64,000 bases of DNA from Vicinamibacteria bacterium (GCA_964291235.2 OZ219815.1:992001-1056000), one strand, 5' to 3'. Counted from the first letter of the stretch, positions 1-9,964 are shown. The notes: generated by a model not told the origin, from the sequence alone. Numbers and translations are program-made.

Positions 1-89
1 GCGCTCCCGATGATGGTACGCGGCCGGACGTGAGACGTGTTTCGCCTCGACCGGATTCCGCGTGTTGCATCCTTGGTCCGGACGGCCCC

Positions 90-704
90 GTGAAACGACC
101 CCGCGAGATCCTCACCGTCGGACACTCCAACCATTCGGTCGGAGACCTGGCCGCCCTCCTGCGGCGGCACCTGGTCACCGTCGTGGCGGATGTCCGTTCC
201 GTTCCCTATAGCCGCCGCCATCCGCAATTCAATCGCCGGGCCCTTGAGGGCTCGCTCGCCGAACACCGGATCCGCTACCTCTTTCTCGGGGCGGAGCTCG
301 GAGCGCGGACTCCGGATGTCTCCTGTTACGACGGGGAAGGCAGGGTGTCTTTTGCCCGGCTGGCGGCAACGGACGCCTTCCTCCGGGGAGTCCGGCGGGT
401 GCTGGACGAGGCGGCCACCGCCCGCCTTGCTCTTCTCTGCGCGGAGCGGGATCCTGCGAACTGCCACCGGACGATGCTGGTGGCGCCGGCGCTCGCCGGA
501 AAGGGCATTTCGGTGAACCACATTCTCGCGGACGGCCGCCTGGAAACGCAGGAGCAACTGCTTGATCGTCTGTGCGCCGGTTTTGGCATGCCACCGCGGG
601 AGATCTTTCGAACCCGCCATCAACAGCGACAGGAGGCGCTGTTGCGGCGCGCTCGGGAAATCGCCTGGCGCGATCCCGCGCGCGACGGGCTCAGGGAACG
701 ATGA
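90..704 (+). CDS. DUF488 family protein
   Basis: Motifs ILTVGHSNHS, VADVRSVPYSRRHPQFN, ELGAR and LLCAERDPANCHR are typical of DUF488. GTG at 90 chosen as start; the ORF is open from 30. Confidence 0.85.
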   Translation: MKRPREILTVGHSNHSVGDLAALLRRHLVTVVADVRSVPYSRRHPQFNRRALEGSLAEHRIRYLFLGAELGARTPDVSCYDGEGRVSFARLAATDAFLRGVRRVLDEAATARLALLCAERDPANCHRTMLVAPALAGKGISVNHILADGRLETQEQLLDRLCAGFGMPPREIFRTRHQQRQEALLRRAREIAWRDPARDGLRER

Positions 705-1788
705 TTGCCTTGGTGACCCGGAGGGCCTCGACATCGTCGAGTGCCTGGTTCGCTTCTTCGAGGCGGTAACGGCGGCCAATCACGTCCGCGAAGGGGATGG
801 TCTCCCGGTAGCGGACCAGGGTGTCCAGCGCCCGGGTCCAGTGGTGAAACTCACTGCCCCACTGGCCCCGGACTTCCGCGTGCTTGCGGTTGATGTCCAC
901 ATGGGGATTGACCGGTACGGTTCCGGCGTCGGTGTAGTGGCCGACGATGACGTAGCGGCCACCGTCGCGGAGCATCGCGAAGCCTTCCGGGACCGCGCGC
1001 GGGTTGCCGCTGGCTTCGATCACCAGATCGGCGCCGCGTCCGCCGGTCGCCGCTTGCACCCGCGCCGCCCGTCCCTCGGAATCGCTGCCCGAGAGGGCGA
1101 GGGCTTCGTCGGCGCCCATACGGAGCGCGAGGTCACGGCGCGCCGCCGGCTCGCCGACCGCCACGATCGTCCCGGCGCCGGATGTCCGGGCGAAGGCGAT
1201 GGCCGCCAGCCCCACCGGCCCGACGCCCTGCACCACCACGCTGTCCCCGAGGCGGATCTCGGCCCGGTCCACTGCCGCGAAGCCGGTGAAGAGCCCGCAG
1301 CCGCCACCGATGAGGTCCTCCACACAAAGCTCGGCGGGCAGGACCACGGTGCGGACTCCGGGCAGAAGCAGGATGTTGTCCGCCCAGCCCCCGAGTAGCC
1401 CCTCTTCCGCCGAATAGGTGATCCCGTAAACGCGGCGCGAGGGACAGCGGTTCGGCTGACGAGCCACGAGGCACTGGTAGCAGGAGTGGCAGGTGGCGTG
1501 GACGTCGAAAAAGGACACCACGCTACCGACCGCGAGCGGTGTCCCCACGGCGTCCCGCGAGATGCCACCCGTTTCGACGACCCGGCCAACGCTCACGTGA
1601 CCGGGGATGATCGGATAGGGCACCCCCGCGAGGCGGCCCTCCCGGAGGTGCACGTCGGTCCCGCACACCTCGGAAGCGAGGGTCTCCAGCAGGATCTCGC
1701 CCGGAGCGGCTTTCGGGATGGGAACCGTCCGAATCTCGACCGGCCGCCCAGGCGCGGGTAGCACCGCCGCCCGCGCCGTTCGGCTCAC
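691..1788 (-). CDS. Zinc-binding alcohol dehydrogenase (MDR family)
   Basis: VCGTD, PGH(V), structural Zn CHSCYQC...C and Rossmann GVGPVG. GTG start overlaps the arsS stop (GTGA). Confidence 0.9.
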   Translation of the reverse strand: MSRTARAAVLPAPGRPVEIRTVPIPKAAPGEILLETLASEVCGTDVHLREGRLAGVPYPIIPGHVSVGRVVETGGISRDAVGTPLAVGSVVSFFDVHATCHSCYQCLVARQPNRCPSRRVYGITYSAEEGLLGGWADNILLLPGVRTVVLPAELCVEDLIGGGCGLFTGFAAVDRAEIRLGDSVVVQGVGPVGLAAIAFARTSGAGTIVAVGEPAARRDLALRMGADEALALSGSDSEGRAARVQAATGGRGADLVIEASGNPRAVPEGFAMLRDGGRYVIVGHYTDAGTVPVNPHVDINRKHAEVRGQWGSEFHHWTRALDTLVRYRETIPFADVIGRRYRLEEANQALDDVEALRVTKAIIVP

Positions 1789-2804
1789 GCCGTGGTGCCT
1801 CCGCAACTGGAGCCGGCGCCCGCGGTACAGCCGTAGCAGTGCAGGCCGGTCACGATGCGGCGGTTCTCCAACAGTTCCGGGACAAAGTCCCTGATATGGG
1901 TGGGAGCGCCGAAACTCACGGTCTCGTCCAGCATCTGGTTGAAATCGCAGTCGTAGAGCTGGCCGTCCCAACCGATCGACAGCGTGTTGCGGCACATCAC
2001 TGCCGCGGCCGCCGCCGGGTTGAAGGCGTTCACCAGACGTTCCATGTACCGCTCGTAGTTTCCGCTTTCCACCAGGTAGTCGAGGAAGCGGCTGATCGGG
2101 AGGTTGGTGATCGCGTAGAGCCGGTCGAACCGGATCCCATAGCGCCGGTCGAGCTCCCGCTTGAATTCGCGTTCCAGAGCATCCTGATCGCCGGGAAGAA
2201 ATGCCCCGGTGGGGTTGTAAACGAGGTTGAGGCGGAGGGCCCCGCCCTGGCCGTACCCCAGGCGGTTCAACAGCTTGAGGGCCTGGATGGATTTGTCGAA
2301 GACTCCCGCCCCGCGCTGCGCGTCGGTGCGCTCGGCCAGAAAGTACGGGAGGCTGGCGATGATCTCCACCTCACGGTCGGCGAGAAACCGCGCCAGATCG
2401 GATTGGGACCTGAGGAGCAATACGGTGAGGTTCGAACGGTCCATCACGTGCCGTCCAAGCGCCTTCGAAGCGTCCACGAGGTAGCGGAAGTTCTCGTTCA
2501 GTTCCGGTGCCCCGCCGGTGATGTCCACCGTGGGTGCATCGGTCAGTTCGAGCGCCCGGATACAAGCCTCCGCGGTTTCGCGCGTCATCTGCTCGGTCCG
2601 GTCCGGACCGGCATCGACGTGGCAGTGCCGGCATTTCTGGTTGCAGAGCTTGCCGACGTTGATCTGGAAGATCTCTATCCCGGTCGCGCGGAGGGGGTGG
2701 AGGTCGTGACGGGCGAGCGCCGAATTGAAGGATGGGAACCGGCGCTCCGACGGCCGCGGCGCAAAGTGCGCGTTGCGGGTTGGGAGTTGAAGGACCGCTT
2801 CCAT
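1785..2804 (-). CDS. arsS: Arsenosugar biosynthesis radical SAM protein ArsS (Cys form)
   Basis: QINVGKLCNQKCRHCHVDAGP (CxxxCxxC), DITGGAPEL, MCRNTLSIGWDGQLYDCDFNQML and C-terminal HCYGCTAGAGSSCGG. Confidence 0.88.
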   Translation of the reverse strand: MEAVLQLPTRNAHFAPRPSERRFPSFNSALARHDLHPLRATGIEIFQINVGKLCNQKCRHCHVDAGPDRTEQMTRETAEACIRALELTDAPTVDITGGAPELNENFRYLVDASKALGRHVMDRSNLTVLLLRSQSDLARFLADREVEIIASLPYFLAERTDAQRGAGVFDKSIQALKLLNRLGYGQGGALRLNLVYNPTGAFLPGDQDALEREFKRELDRRYGIRFDRLYAITNLPISRFLDYLVESGNYERYMERLVNAFNPAAAAAVMCRNTLSIGWDGQLYDCDFNQMLDETVSFGAPTHIRDFVPELLENRRIVTGLHCYGCTAGAGSSCGGTTA

Positions 2805-3136
2805 CACATACTCAATTGGGTGTTGCGTTTCCGCATCTGCACGCCGTGCACCAGCGCCGCTCCGCCCCGGATGGCGGCTGCCACGTGGACCGCTTCCGTC
2901 ATCTGGTCGAGGTTCGAACCCTTCTCCAGGCACTCCTGCGACCAGGCGTCAATGCAGTAGGGACACTGGAGGGCGTGCGCGACGCCCAAGGCTATCAACG
3001 CCTTTTCGCGCCCGGTCAGCGAGCCCTCCTGGAACGTGGCCTGGTACCAGTCGTTGAATTTGTCCCACAGGTCCGGGGCGTTACGGCCCATTTCGCCGAA
3101 CCGGGACAGATCATGGTCGTCGTAGTAGTGGCTCAC
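2804..3136 (-). CDS. AhpD/CMD-like peroxidase-related protein associated with ArsS
   Basis: YY..DL..F N-terminus, REKALIALGVAHALQCPYCID and AAAIRGGAALVHGVQM. GGAGAAG RBS precedes GTG 3136; the stop overlaps the arsS start. Confidence 0.85.
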   Translation of the reverse strand: MSHYYDDHDLSRFGEMGRNAPDLWDKFNDWYQATFQEGSLTGREKALIALGVAHALQCPYCIDAWSQECLEKGSNLDQMTEAVHVAAAIRGGAALVHGVQMRKRNTQLSM

Positions 3137-3256
3137 CCAACTTCTCCAATCTTTTCTTGTGTCTTCATCCGCAAGGCTAGCGCGGAAAACCTCCACGGTG
3201 CCGGGGTTTCTGCGGGGACGGGGAAACCCCGAATCCGGTGGTAGCCTCGGCCCATC

Positions 3257-4159
3257 ATGTCACTCCACTCGATCGGATTCATCGGTCTCGGCGTCATGGG
3301 CAAGCCCATGGCGAAGAATCTGCTCGCCGCCGGGTTCGACCTCACGGTGCACAGCCGGTCCCCGGGACCGGTGGACGAACTCGTCACCATGGGCGCCCGG
3401 CACGCCCGGTCCCCTTCCGAATGTGCGAGCGGTCAGGATGCGGTCCTTTTGATGCTTCCCGACTCGCCGGACTCGGAACTCGTGATGCTCGGTCCGGACG
3501 GAGTCCTTGCCGCGACCCAACTTCCGGCGCTGGTCACGGACATGTCCTCGATCGAGCCCGGGGTGTCCTCGAAGATCGCCGCGGCAGCGGCGGAGCGCGG
3601 TGTCGGGTTTGTGGACGCTCCGGTGAGCGGCGGCGAGCCGGGAGCGATCGCCGGTGAACTCGCGATCATGGCGGGGGGCGACGGAGCGGCTTTCGAGGAG
3701 CTCGGTCCCGTGTTCGACGTGCTCGGCAAGAGCGCCGTCCTCTGCGGCCCCGCGGGCGCCGGCAACACCGTCAAGCTCGCCAACCAGATGATCGTGGCCG
3801 CGAACATCCAGGCGGTGGGGGAGGCGCTCGTGTTCGCGGTCCGTTCGGGGCTCGATCCGCGGGTCGTCGTGGAAGCCATCCGGGGAGGACTTGCCGGGAG
3901 CGCCGCGCTGAACGCCAAGGCGCCCAAGATGATCGCCGGGGACTGGAAGCCCGGATTCCGGCTCGAACTCCATCTCAAGGACCTGAACAACGCCCTCGCC
4001 GCGGCCGCTGGGAACGGCAGTCAGGTTCCGGTGACTACCGTCGTCCGCCAATTCGTGAAGACGCTGGTGGAAAACGGCCACGCGCGCGAGGACCATGCCG
4101 CCATCGCCCGCTACTGCGAGGACATCGCGGGAACGAAGATCGCGACGGGGGCCGGCTAG
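3257..4159 (+). CDS. 2-hydroxy-3-oxopropionate reductase / beta-hydroxyacid dehydrogenase (GarR/GlxR-like)
   Basis: IGFIGLGVMGKPMA, DAPVSGG, KLANQ and PGFRLELHLKDL. Confidence 0.85.
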   Translation: MSLHSIGFIGLGVMGKPMAKNLLAAGFDLTVHSRSPGPVDELVTMGARHARSPSECASGQDAVLLMLPDSPDSELVMLGPDGVLAATQLPALVTDMSSIEPGVSSKIAAAAAERGVGFVDAPVSGGEPGAIAGELAIMAGGDGAAFEELGPVFDVLGKSAVLCGPAGAGNTVKLANQMIVAANIQAVGEALVFAVRSGLDPRVVVEAIRGGLAGSAALNAKAPKMIAGDWKPGFRLELHLKDLNNALAAAAGNGSQVPVTTVVRQFVKTLVENGHAREDHAAIARYCEDIAGTKIATGAG

Positions 4160-4211
4160 GAACCGCCCGCCGGTCTCCGGGACCAGCGGCTGCCAGCCCC
4201 GGCGAACCCGA

Positions 4212-5633
4212 TCAGCTCTTGAAAAAGGCCAGGAAGCCCTCATAGAGCGCCCAGAGGTCCGCCTTCGAGGCGACATCGTAGGTGCTGTGCATGGAGAGGA
4301 TGCCGACGCCCCAGTCGGTGACCTCCATGTTCATCTGGTTGAAGTAGCGGGCGATCGTGCCGCCGCCGTAGCCGGCCTTGTAGGTGTGGCTCTGCCAGCC
4401 CACGTCGGCGTCGTCGAGCATCCGGCGGAGGTGGGCGACGAACTCGCTGTTTGCGCTCCTGCCGGCTCCGTAGAGCTTGATAACCAGCCCGTGGTGGAGC
4501 AGCGAGGCGTTGTCCGGCGCTTGGGGTGAAGGCCAGAGCGGATTCGTCGCGGTCGTGGTGTCCGCGGTGATCATGTCGGTGTTCCCGAAGCACTCCATCA
4601 CGTCGAGTTCACTCACGGATCCCTTCTCCGCCCGGATCATTTCGGCGACGATGCGCCGGAACCACTCGGACCCGACGCTGATGTTGGAGCCGCTTCCGAC
4701 TTCCTCGTCGGTGACCAGGTACGCCATCGCGGTGTGGGCCGGCGTCTCCAGGTCTTCCAGTGCGAACACGTTCGCGATTCCGGTCAGCCGGTCGTCGAGC
4801 CCGAAGGCGGCGAAGAGCGCCCGGTCCATGCCTACTTCCCGCGGCTTGGTAAGGGGCACGATCTGGATGTCGCTGCTGACCCAATCCTCCGGCTCGATCC
4901 CGAACTCGGATTCGATCAGCGCTACCGCGCGCTCCATGGCGTCCATCCCGTCCTCACCGCCGGTCGGGGCGGACGTGATCAGCGGATCGAGCTCCTCGCG
5001 CTGAATCGCCTCCGCCCGGGTCCGGTTCCGGAAATCCCGGTCCACATGCGGGGCGAGGTCCGGAATGAGCAGCACGGGATCGTTCTCGTCGAAGCCGTAT
5101 TCGATCCAGACAACCGAACCGTCCATCTTGTCCACCCGCCCGGTGAGTCCGAGCGGCACGTTCACCCACTGGTACGCCTTCAGCCCGCCGTGCACCAGGG
5201 TGTCGAGCGCCGCGGCGTCCCTCTTGCGGGTGAGGGGATGCGGCTTCAGCTCCAGCCGGATCGAGTCGATGTGGCTGTTGATGAGCCGCATCCCGGACGC
5301 CAGCGGTTCGCTGCCGACGACCCAGAGCAGCATGGTCCGGTCGCGGTTGATCGCATAGAAACGGGCGCCCGGATTCACCCCCCGGATGCTTGGGTCCCAC
5401 TCCCGGAATCCGCGGGCCTCGGCGTAGGCGACCGTCTCCTTGACCATCGTGAGTTCCGTCCGCGCCCGGTCGATGTAGGGGACGAACCGCTGGTAGATCG
5501 CCTCGATCTCGGCGCGTTCCGCTTCGGTCGCCGTTGCCTCGAGGTTCCCCCGGCTGCCGTAGTCCTGGGCGCCCAAAGCGCTGGCGGCGAGGATGGCGAG
5601 GACGAAGGTGGCGGTGGTGGTCGTGGTTCTCAT
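4212..5633 (-). CDS. M18 family aminopeptidase with signal peptide
   Basis: SHIDS, PDLAPH, GLDDR, TDEEVGS, GGGTI and LSMHS motifs. N-terminal MRTTTTTATFVLAILAASALGA resembles a Sec signal. Confidence 0.85.
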   Translation of the reverse strand: MRTTTTTATFVLAILAASALGAQDYGSRGNLEATATEAERAEIEAIYQRFVPYIDRARTELTMVKETVAYAEARGFREWDPSIRGVNPGARFYAINRDRTMLLWVVGSEPLASGMRLINSHIDSIRLELKPHPLTRKRDAAALDTLVHGGLKAYQWVNVPLGLTGRVDKMDGSVVWIEYGFDENDPVLLIPDLAPHVDRDFRNRTRAEAIQREELDPLITSAPTGGEDGMDAMERAVALIESEFGIEPEDWVSSDIQIVPLTKPREVGMDRALFAAFGLDDRLTGIANVFALEDLETPAHTAMAYLVTDEEVGSGSNISVGSEWFRRIVAEMIRAEKGSVSELDVMECFGNTDMITADTTTATNPLWPSPQAPDNASLLHHGLVIKLYGAGRSANSEFVAHLRRMLDDADVGWQSHTYKAGYGGGTIARYFNQMNMEVTDWGVGILSMHSTYDVASKADLWALYEGFLAFFKS

Positions 5634-5717
5634 GGATCGCTCCGCTGGAAAGAGCCGCGTGGAAAGGCGCCGAACGCTATCAGCGCGGGGCGCTCCGGCC
5701 GCTGGTAGCATCGGCTC

Positions 5718-6932
5718 ATGGGACGAAACAAGCGCGGCGCGGGCGGGTATCGCTCGTTCGGGTACCTGATTCCGGGCGAGGATTACCGGCCGGAAGACCT
5801 GGTGGAGGACGCGGAACTTTTTCCCGCGCACCCGGTGCCGCTATCCGCCGCCGACGAGGCGCGCGCCGAACGCCTCGCCAGCGATCTGGTGCTGATTTCG
5901 CTCCACGAACACCTCGGGAGCTTTCCGCGCGACATCCACCGCACTCCGGCGTACGTCCGGGAAGGGCGTGTTTTCACCCCTTTTGAGGCGCTGGCGGAAT
6001 CCGATTGGGACTGCGTTTTCGACAACCTGCTCGACGGGATCTGCCGGATCGAGTCACGGACCGGCTGGAAGTGGAACGAGGTGCTTCACGACCTCGGGAT
6101 GCGCCTCGCGGACCTCGCCCACCAGGACTTCCTCGTCCATTGCAAGACGGTGGACGACATCCTGAGCGCCCACGCCGAGGGAAGGATCGCCTGGGTCGCG
6201 GCCATCGAGGGGGCGGCGCCGATCGAGAACGAACTCGACCGGGTGGAAGTCCTTCACGGCTTCGGGGTGCGCGAGATGGGGATCACCTACAGTGAATCGA
6301 ACGCTCTCGGGAGCGGCCTGAAGGAAGCGAATGACGGGGGGTTGACGTCCTTCGGCCATCAGGTGGTCGAGCGGATGAACAAAGTGGGGATGCTCATCGA
6401 CACCGCCCACTGTGGTGACCAGACGACCCTCGACGTCATCGCCGCCAGCACCAAGCCGGTTTCGATCACCCATATCGGCGCGCGCGCCCTCTGGAACACC
6501 CGCCGTATGGCGCCCGACGACGTGTTGAAGGCATGCGGCGACAAGGGTGGAATCATCGGAATCGAAGCCGCTCCGCACACCACGCTGACCGAGCGGCATC
6601 CCCGGCACAGCCTCGAATCCTTCATGGAGCATTTCGAGTACGTGAAGGATCTGGTCGGAGTGGACCACGTGGGGTTCGGCCCGGACACGGTGTTTGGCGA
6701 CCACGTGGGACTTCACGGCGTGTACGCCGCGGCGCTCTCCATCCGGAAGGCGAGCGCCGGGAGCGGGGCCCCCGCCTTCGAGCGGGTTCCGTACGTGGAA
6801 GGCATCGAGAACCCGGTCGAGGGCTCGAAGAACATTCTGCGGTGGCTGGTGGGACACGAGTACTCGGACGAGGACATCGCCAAGGTGATGGGTGGAAATG
6901 CGCTTCGGGTGTTGAGGGACGTCTGGGCGTGA
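5718..6932 (+). CDS. Membrane (renal-type) dipeptidase, M19 family
   Basis: SLHEH, AIEGA, GITYSESN, GGLTSFG..VVERMNKVGMLIDTAH and GVDHVGFGPD. Confidence 0.9.
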   Translation: MGRNKRGAGGYRSFGYLIPGEDYRPEDLVEDAELFPAHPVPLSAADEARAERLASDLVLISLHEHLGSFPRDIHRTPAYVREGRVFTPFEALAESDWDCVFDNLLDGICRIESRTGWKWNEVLHDLGMRLADLAHQDFLVHCKTVDDILSAHAEGRIAWVAAIEGAAPIENELDRVEVLHGFGVREMGITYSESNALGSGLKEANDGGLTSFGHQVVERMNKVGMLIDTAHCGDQTTLDVIAASTKPVSITHIGARALWNTRRMAPDDVLKACGDKGGIIGIEAAPHTTLTERHPRHSLESFMEHFEYVKDLVGVDHVGFGPDTVFGDHVGLHGVYAAALSIRKASAGSGAPAFERVPYVEGIENPVEGSKNILRWLVGHEYSDEDIAKVMGGNALRVLRDVWA

Positions 6933-7576
6933 CCCCCGGGCGGCTGCCGGGAGGGGTGGCCCTCATGGCAGGCCTGACGGTGGGCTTGACGCTCCCGGTG
7001 GCGGTGGCCGGCCCCTCGGCGGCTGCGGAGCCGGCGGTGGAAACGACCATCGAGCTGCCGGATCCCGGGAGAGCCACGGTTCGCACCCGCATTCCTGCCG
7101 GCGACCGCTTCGCCGGGGAATCCGGTTTCCACCGCCTGGCCGGTGATCCGGAGCAGGGATGGAGACGGACGCCGATGCGCTTCGAGCGGGATCCGGATCG
7201 CGGTTTCGTGTTCGAGAGCGAGGTTGAGGCGGGATCTGACGGCTGGCTCCGGATTCCGATGCCGATTCCGGACGCGCCGCCTCCCCCGGGCACCGACCTT
7301 TCGTTTGCAGCGGTCGTCGTCCCGCCCCCGGGTCACCGGATCGTGGACGCCTTCCCATCGGGAGTGAACGACCCGGGCGCCGGCGGGGCGCTGCGGATCG
7401 CCTTGCCGGCGCCCCCGTCGCTCCTCCGGTTCCGGGTCGTCCCCGAGGCGAGCATGGGGATCGGCCTGACCTCCGTGGTGGACGGAGTCCTGGCGCTGCT
7501 GCTGATCGGACTGGGGATCTTCGGAGCCCGGCGGCTTCTGGGTCCCGGACATCCCTCTGGAACGAGCCCGCCATGA
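6929..7576 (+). CDS. Hypothetical exported protein with C-terminal membrane anchor
   Basis: GTGA overlap with the dipeptidase stop and ATGA overlap with the next ORF. N-terminal signal-like stretch and C-terminal TM (VVDGVLALLLIGLGIFGA). Confidence 0.7.
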   Translation: MTPGRLPGGVALMAGLTVGLTLPVAVAGPSAAAEPAVETTIELPDPGRATVRTRIPAGDRFAGESGFHRLAGDPEQGWRRTPMRFERDPDRGFVFESEVEAGSDGWLRIPMPIPDAPPPPGTDLSFAAVVVPPPGHRIVDAFPSGVNDPGAGGALRIALPAPPSLLRFRVVPEASMGIGLTSVVDGVLALLLIGLGIFGARRLLGPGHPSGTSPP

Positions 7577-7695
7577 CGCGGTTTTCCTTCTGGGGACTCT
7601 TCGCGGTCTTCGGCGCGATTCTGATCGCCTACTGGTTCTGGATGCGCCGGCTCGAGCACGGGGACCGCGAGCGCGGCGGGGGGAAGCAGCGTTGA
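7573..7695 (+). CDS. 40-aa small membrane protein, probable symporter accessory subunit (not in ORF track)
   Basis: Translated by hand as MTRFSFWGLFAVFGAILIAYWFWMRRLEHGDRERGGGKQR. Overlaps the upstream stop (ATGA) and the downstream TTG start (TTGA). Confidence 0.7.
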   Translation: MTRFSFWGLFAVFGAILIAYWFWMRRLEHGDRERGGGKQR

Positions 7696-9140
7696 CCGCG
7701 GTTGTATTCGGCGTTTACCTCACCGCGATCTTCGCCATTGGGGTGGTGGCGCTGCGGCGCACCCGCACCGAGGGCGACTACTGGATCGCGGGGGGCAAAC
7801 TGGGATGGCTGCTGGGCGGCGCCACGCTCGCCGCCACCCACGCGAGCGCCGGCACCTACATCGGCACCGTCGGGGTCATCCATGCCGTGGGCTGGGAGTT
7901 CACCTGGCTCGTGCTCTTCATCCCCCTGAGCTACTGGTTCATGGCGGGGGTGTTGGGTCCGCGTTTCGCCCGCACCCGGGAGCTGACCCTGCCGGCTTTC
8001 ATCGAGCGGCGGTACTACAGCCGGCGGGCGCGGGCGCTCGCGGCCGTGGTGATCCTCATCGCGGCCACGGTGTACGTCCAGGCCCAGGTAATCGCCGGAG
8101 GTTTGATTGCCGAGACCGTGTTCGGGATTCCGGCGGTTTGGGGAATGGTGTTTTTCACCATCATCCTGCTCGCCTACACCGCGATTGGCGGCATGGTGGC
8201 CGTCGTTTACACCGATCTGGTGCAGCTGGCGGTCATGGTGATCGGCGCGCTGGTCGCGGTGCCCATGGTCTTTCGCCTGCTGGGCGGCCCCGGAGCCCTG
8301 TTCTCGGCTGTCGAGGCGCTCCGACCGGAGGCCTTCGAGTTCGGCTCCCTACCGGGGGTGCTGCTCTTCACGATGGGGATTTCCTTTCTGCTGGGAGGCA
8401 TCGCCACCCCCGAGAAACTCGTGCGCCTCTACGCGATGCGCGATCAACGGGAGATCCGGCGCGGCCTGTTCCTCGCCATGATCGTCGCCACCGGCGTGAA
8501 CCTGTTGGTGTTTCTGATCGCCCTCGGGGCCATGGGGCTCTTCCCCATCCTGCCGAGCGGAGACCTCGCGATGCCGCTGATCGCGTCGTACGCGGTGCCG
8601 CCCATCCTCGGCACCGTCCTGCTGGCGGCGGTGGTTTCGGCGATCATGTCCACCGTGGATTCGCTGCTGCTGGTAGCCGGATCGGCGCTATCCCACGACC
8701 TCCTCGGGGTATTGCGACCTGACGCCAGTCCGCGGGCGCGGATGCTGGCGGCGCGCCTTGGGATCCTGATTGTCGGGATCGCCCCGCTGGTGCTGATCCT
8801 GAGCGGGGTCGGGGAAGGCGAACTCGTCCAGTTCATCGTGCTGCTCTTCACCGCGATCATGGCAAGCGCCTTCTTCGTCCCCGTCGTCCTGGGCGTCCTC
8901 TGGCGGGGGCTCACCCGGGAAGGCGCCCTGGCCGCCATGGTGGGCGGGGTCGCGGCCGTCTTCGTCTGGCAGAGCGGGATGCTTCCGTGGCCGGGCTGGG
9001 GTCCGGAGTTCGTTCACTCCGCCGCACCCGGGGTGGTGGTGTCCCTGTTGCTCGGGGTCGTCGTCAGCCGGTTCACGGCGGCTCCCCCGGCATCCGCGCT
9101 CGCCCCGTATTTCCCGGCCGGGACGGGAGAGCCGCGGTGA
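7692..9140 (+). CDS. Sodium:solute symporter (SSS, PutP/PanF-like)
   Basis: About 13 TM segments; YWIAGG, SAGTYIG, YTAIGGMVAVVYTD and SAIMSTVDSLLL. Confidence 0.92.
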   Translation: MTAVVFGVYLTAIFAIGVVALRRTRTEGDYWIAGGKLGWLLGGATLAATHASAGTYIGTVGVIHAVGWEFTWLVLFIPLSYWFMAGVLGPRFARTRELTLPAFIERRYYSRRARALAAVVILIAATVYVQAQVIAGGLIAETVFGIPAVWGMVFFTIILLAYTAIGGMVAVVYTDLVQLAVMVIGALVAVPMVFRLLGGPGALFSAVEALRPEAFEFGSLPGVLLFTMGISFLLGGIATPEKLVRLYAMRDQREIRRGLFLAMIVATGVNLLVFLIALGAMGLFPILPSGDLAMPLIASYAVPPILGTVLLAAVVSAIMSTVDSLLLVAGSALSHDLLGVLRPDASPRARMLAARLGILIVGIAPLVLILSGVGEGELVQFIVLLFTAIMASAFFVPVVLGVLWRGLTREGALAAMVGGVAAVFVWQSGMLPWPGWGPEFVHSAAPGVVVSLLLGVVVSRFTAAPPASALAPYFPAGTGEPR

Positions 9141-9964
9141 GGCTCGCCGGCCGCCGGGTGCTCGTTACCGGCGGAGCGCAGGGAATGGGGCTGCTGATCG
9201 CGTGCGAAGCAGCGGCGCGGGGCGCCCACGTCGCCATCTGGGATCTCAACGAAGCGGCGTTGCCCGATGCCGCCGCCCGCATCGCCGCGGCTCGCCAGAG
9301 CGAGGGTCAGCTCGTGGTTTCAGGTGCCGTGGACGTGGGGGACGCGGAGGCGGTCTCCGGTGCGGCAGGGCGTCTGGCGACGTCGTTCGGCGAGGTGGAG
9401 GTGCTGGTCAACAACGCCGGAGTGGTCTCGGGAAAACCGCTTACGGAGCTTTCACCGGAGGAGGTGCAGCGCACACTGCGGGTGAACACCGCGGCGCTCT
9501 TCTGGACGGCCCGGGAGTTTGTCCCCCGTATGGTCGAAAAGAGCGCGGGCCACCTGGTGACGATGGCGTCGGCGGGCGGCCTCATCGGCGTGTCCGGGCT
9601 TTCTGACTACTGCGCGTCCAAGTTCGGGGCGGTCGGCTTCCACGAATCGCTCCGGGCGGAACTCCGGAGGACCGCGCCGGGGGTCGGAACCAGCCTGATC
9701 TGTCCGTTCTTCGTGGGCACCGGTATGTTCGCCGGCGTTCGCACCCGCTTTCCGTTCCTGCTCCCGATCCTGGCTCCCGAGACGGTGGCCGCCGCGGTGA
9801 TCCGCGCGGTCGAAAGGAACCGCGCCGTCGTAGTGCTCCCCTGGTTCGTCCATTCCCTGAAGCTGCTCCGGCTGCTGCCGGCCCGCTGGCTCGATCCGAT
9901 TGCGTCCTTCTTCGGGATCCATGCCGCCATGGACACCTTCGCCGGCCGTCCGGAGCCACGTTGA
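9137..9964 (+). CDS. Short-chain dehydrogenase/reductase
   Basis: VTGGAQGMG, LVNNAGV and YCASKF. GTG 9137 overlaps the symporter stop. Confidence 0.9.
   Translation: MRLAGRRVLVTGGAQGMGLLIACEAAARGAHVAIWDLNEAALPDAAARIAAARQSEGQLVVSGAVDVGDAEAVSGAAGRLATSFGEVEVLVNNAGVVSGKPLTELSPEEVQRTLRVNTAALFWTAREFVPRMVEKSAGHLVTMASAGGLIGVSGLSDYCASKFGAVGFHESLRAELRRTAPGVGTSLICPFFVGTGMFAGVRTRFPFLLPILAPETVAAAVIRAVERNRAVVVLPWFVHSLKLLRLLPARWLDPIASFFGIHAAMDTFAGRPEPR

Noticed and set aside
90-704. DUF488 gene as part of a defence system
   Set aside because: No partner genes are visible, since the upstream context is outside the window and the downstream gene is convergent.
1785-1830. Selenocysteine recoding in ArsS
   Set aside because: The SS(C/U)GG position is a TGC Cys codon. 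The terminal TGA is a normal stop overlapping the next GTG.
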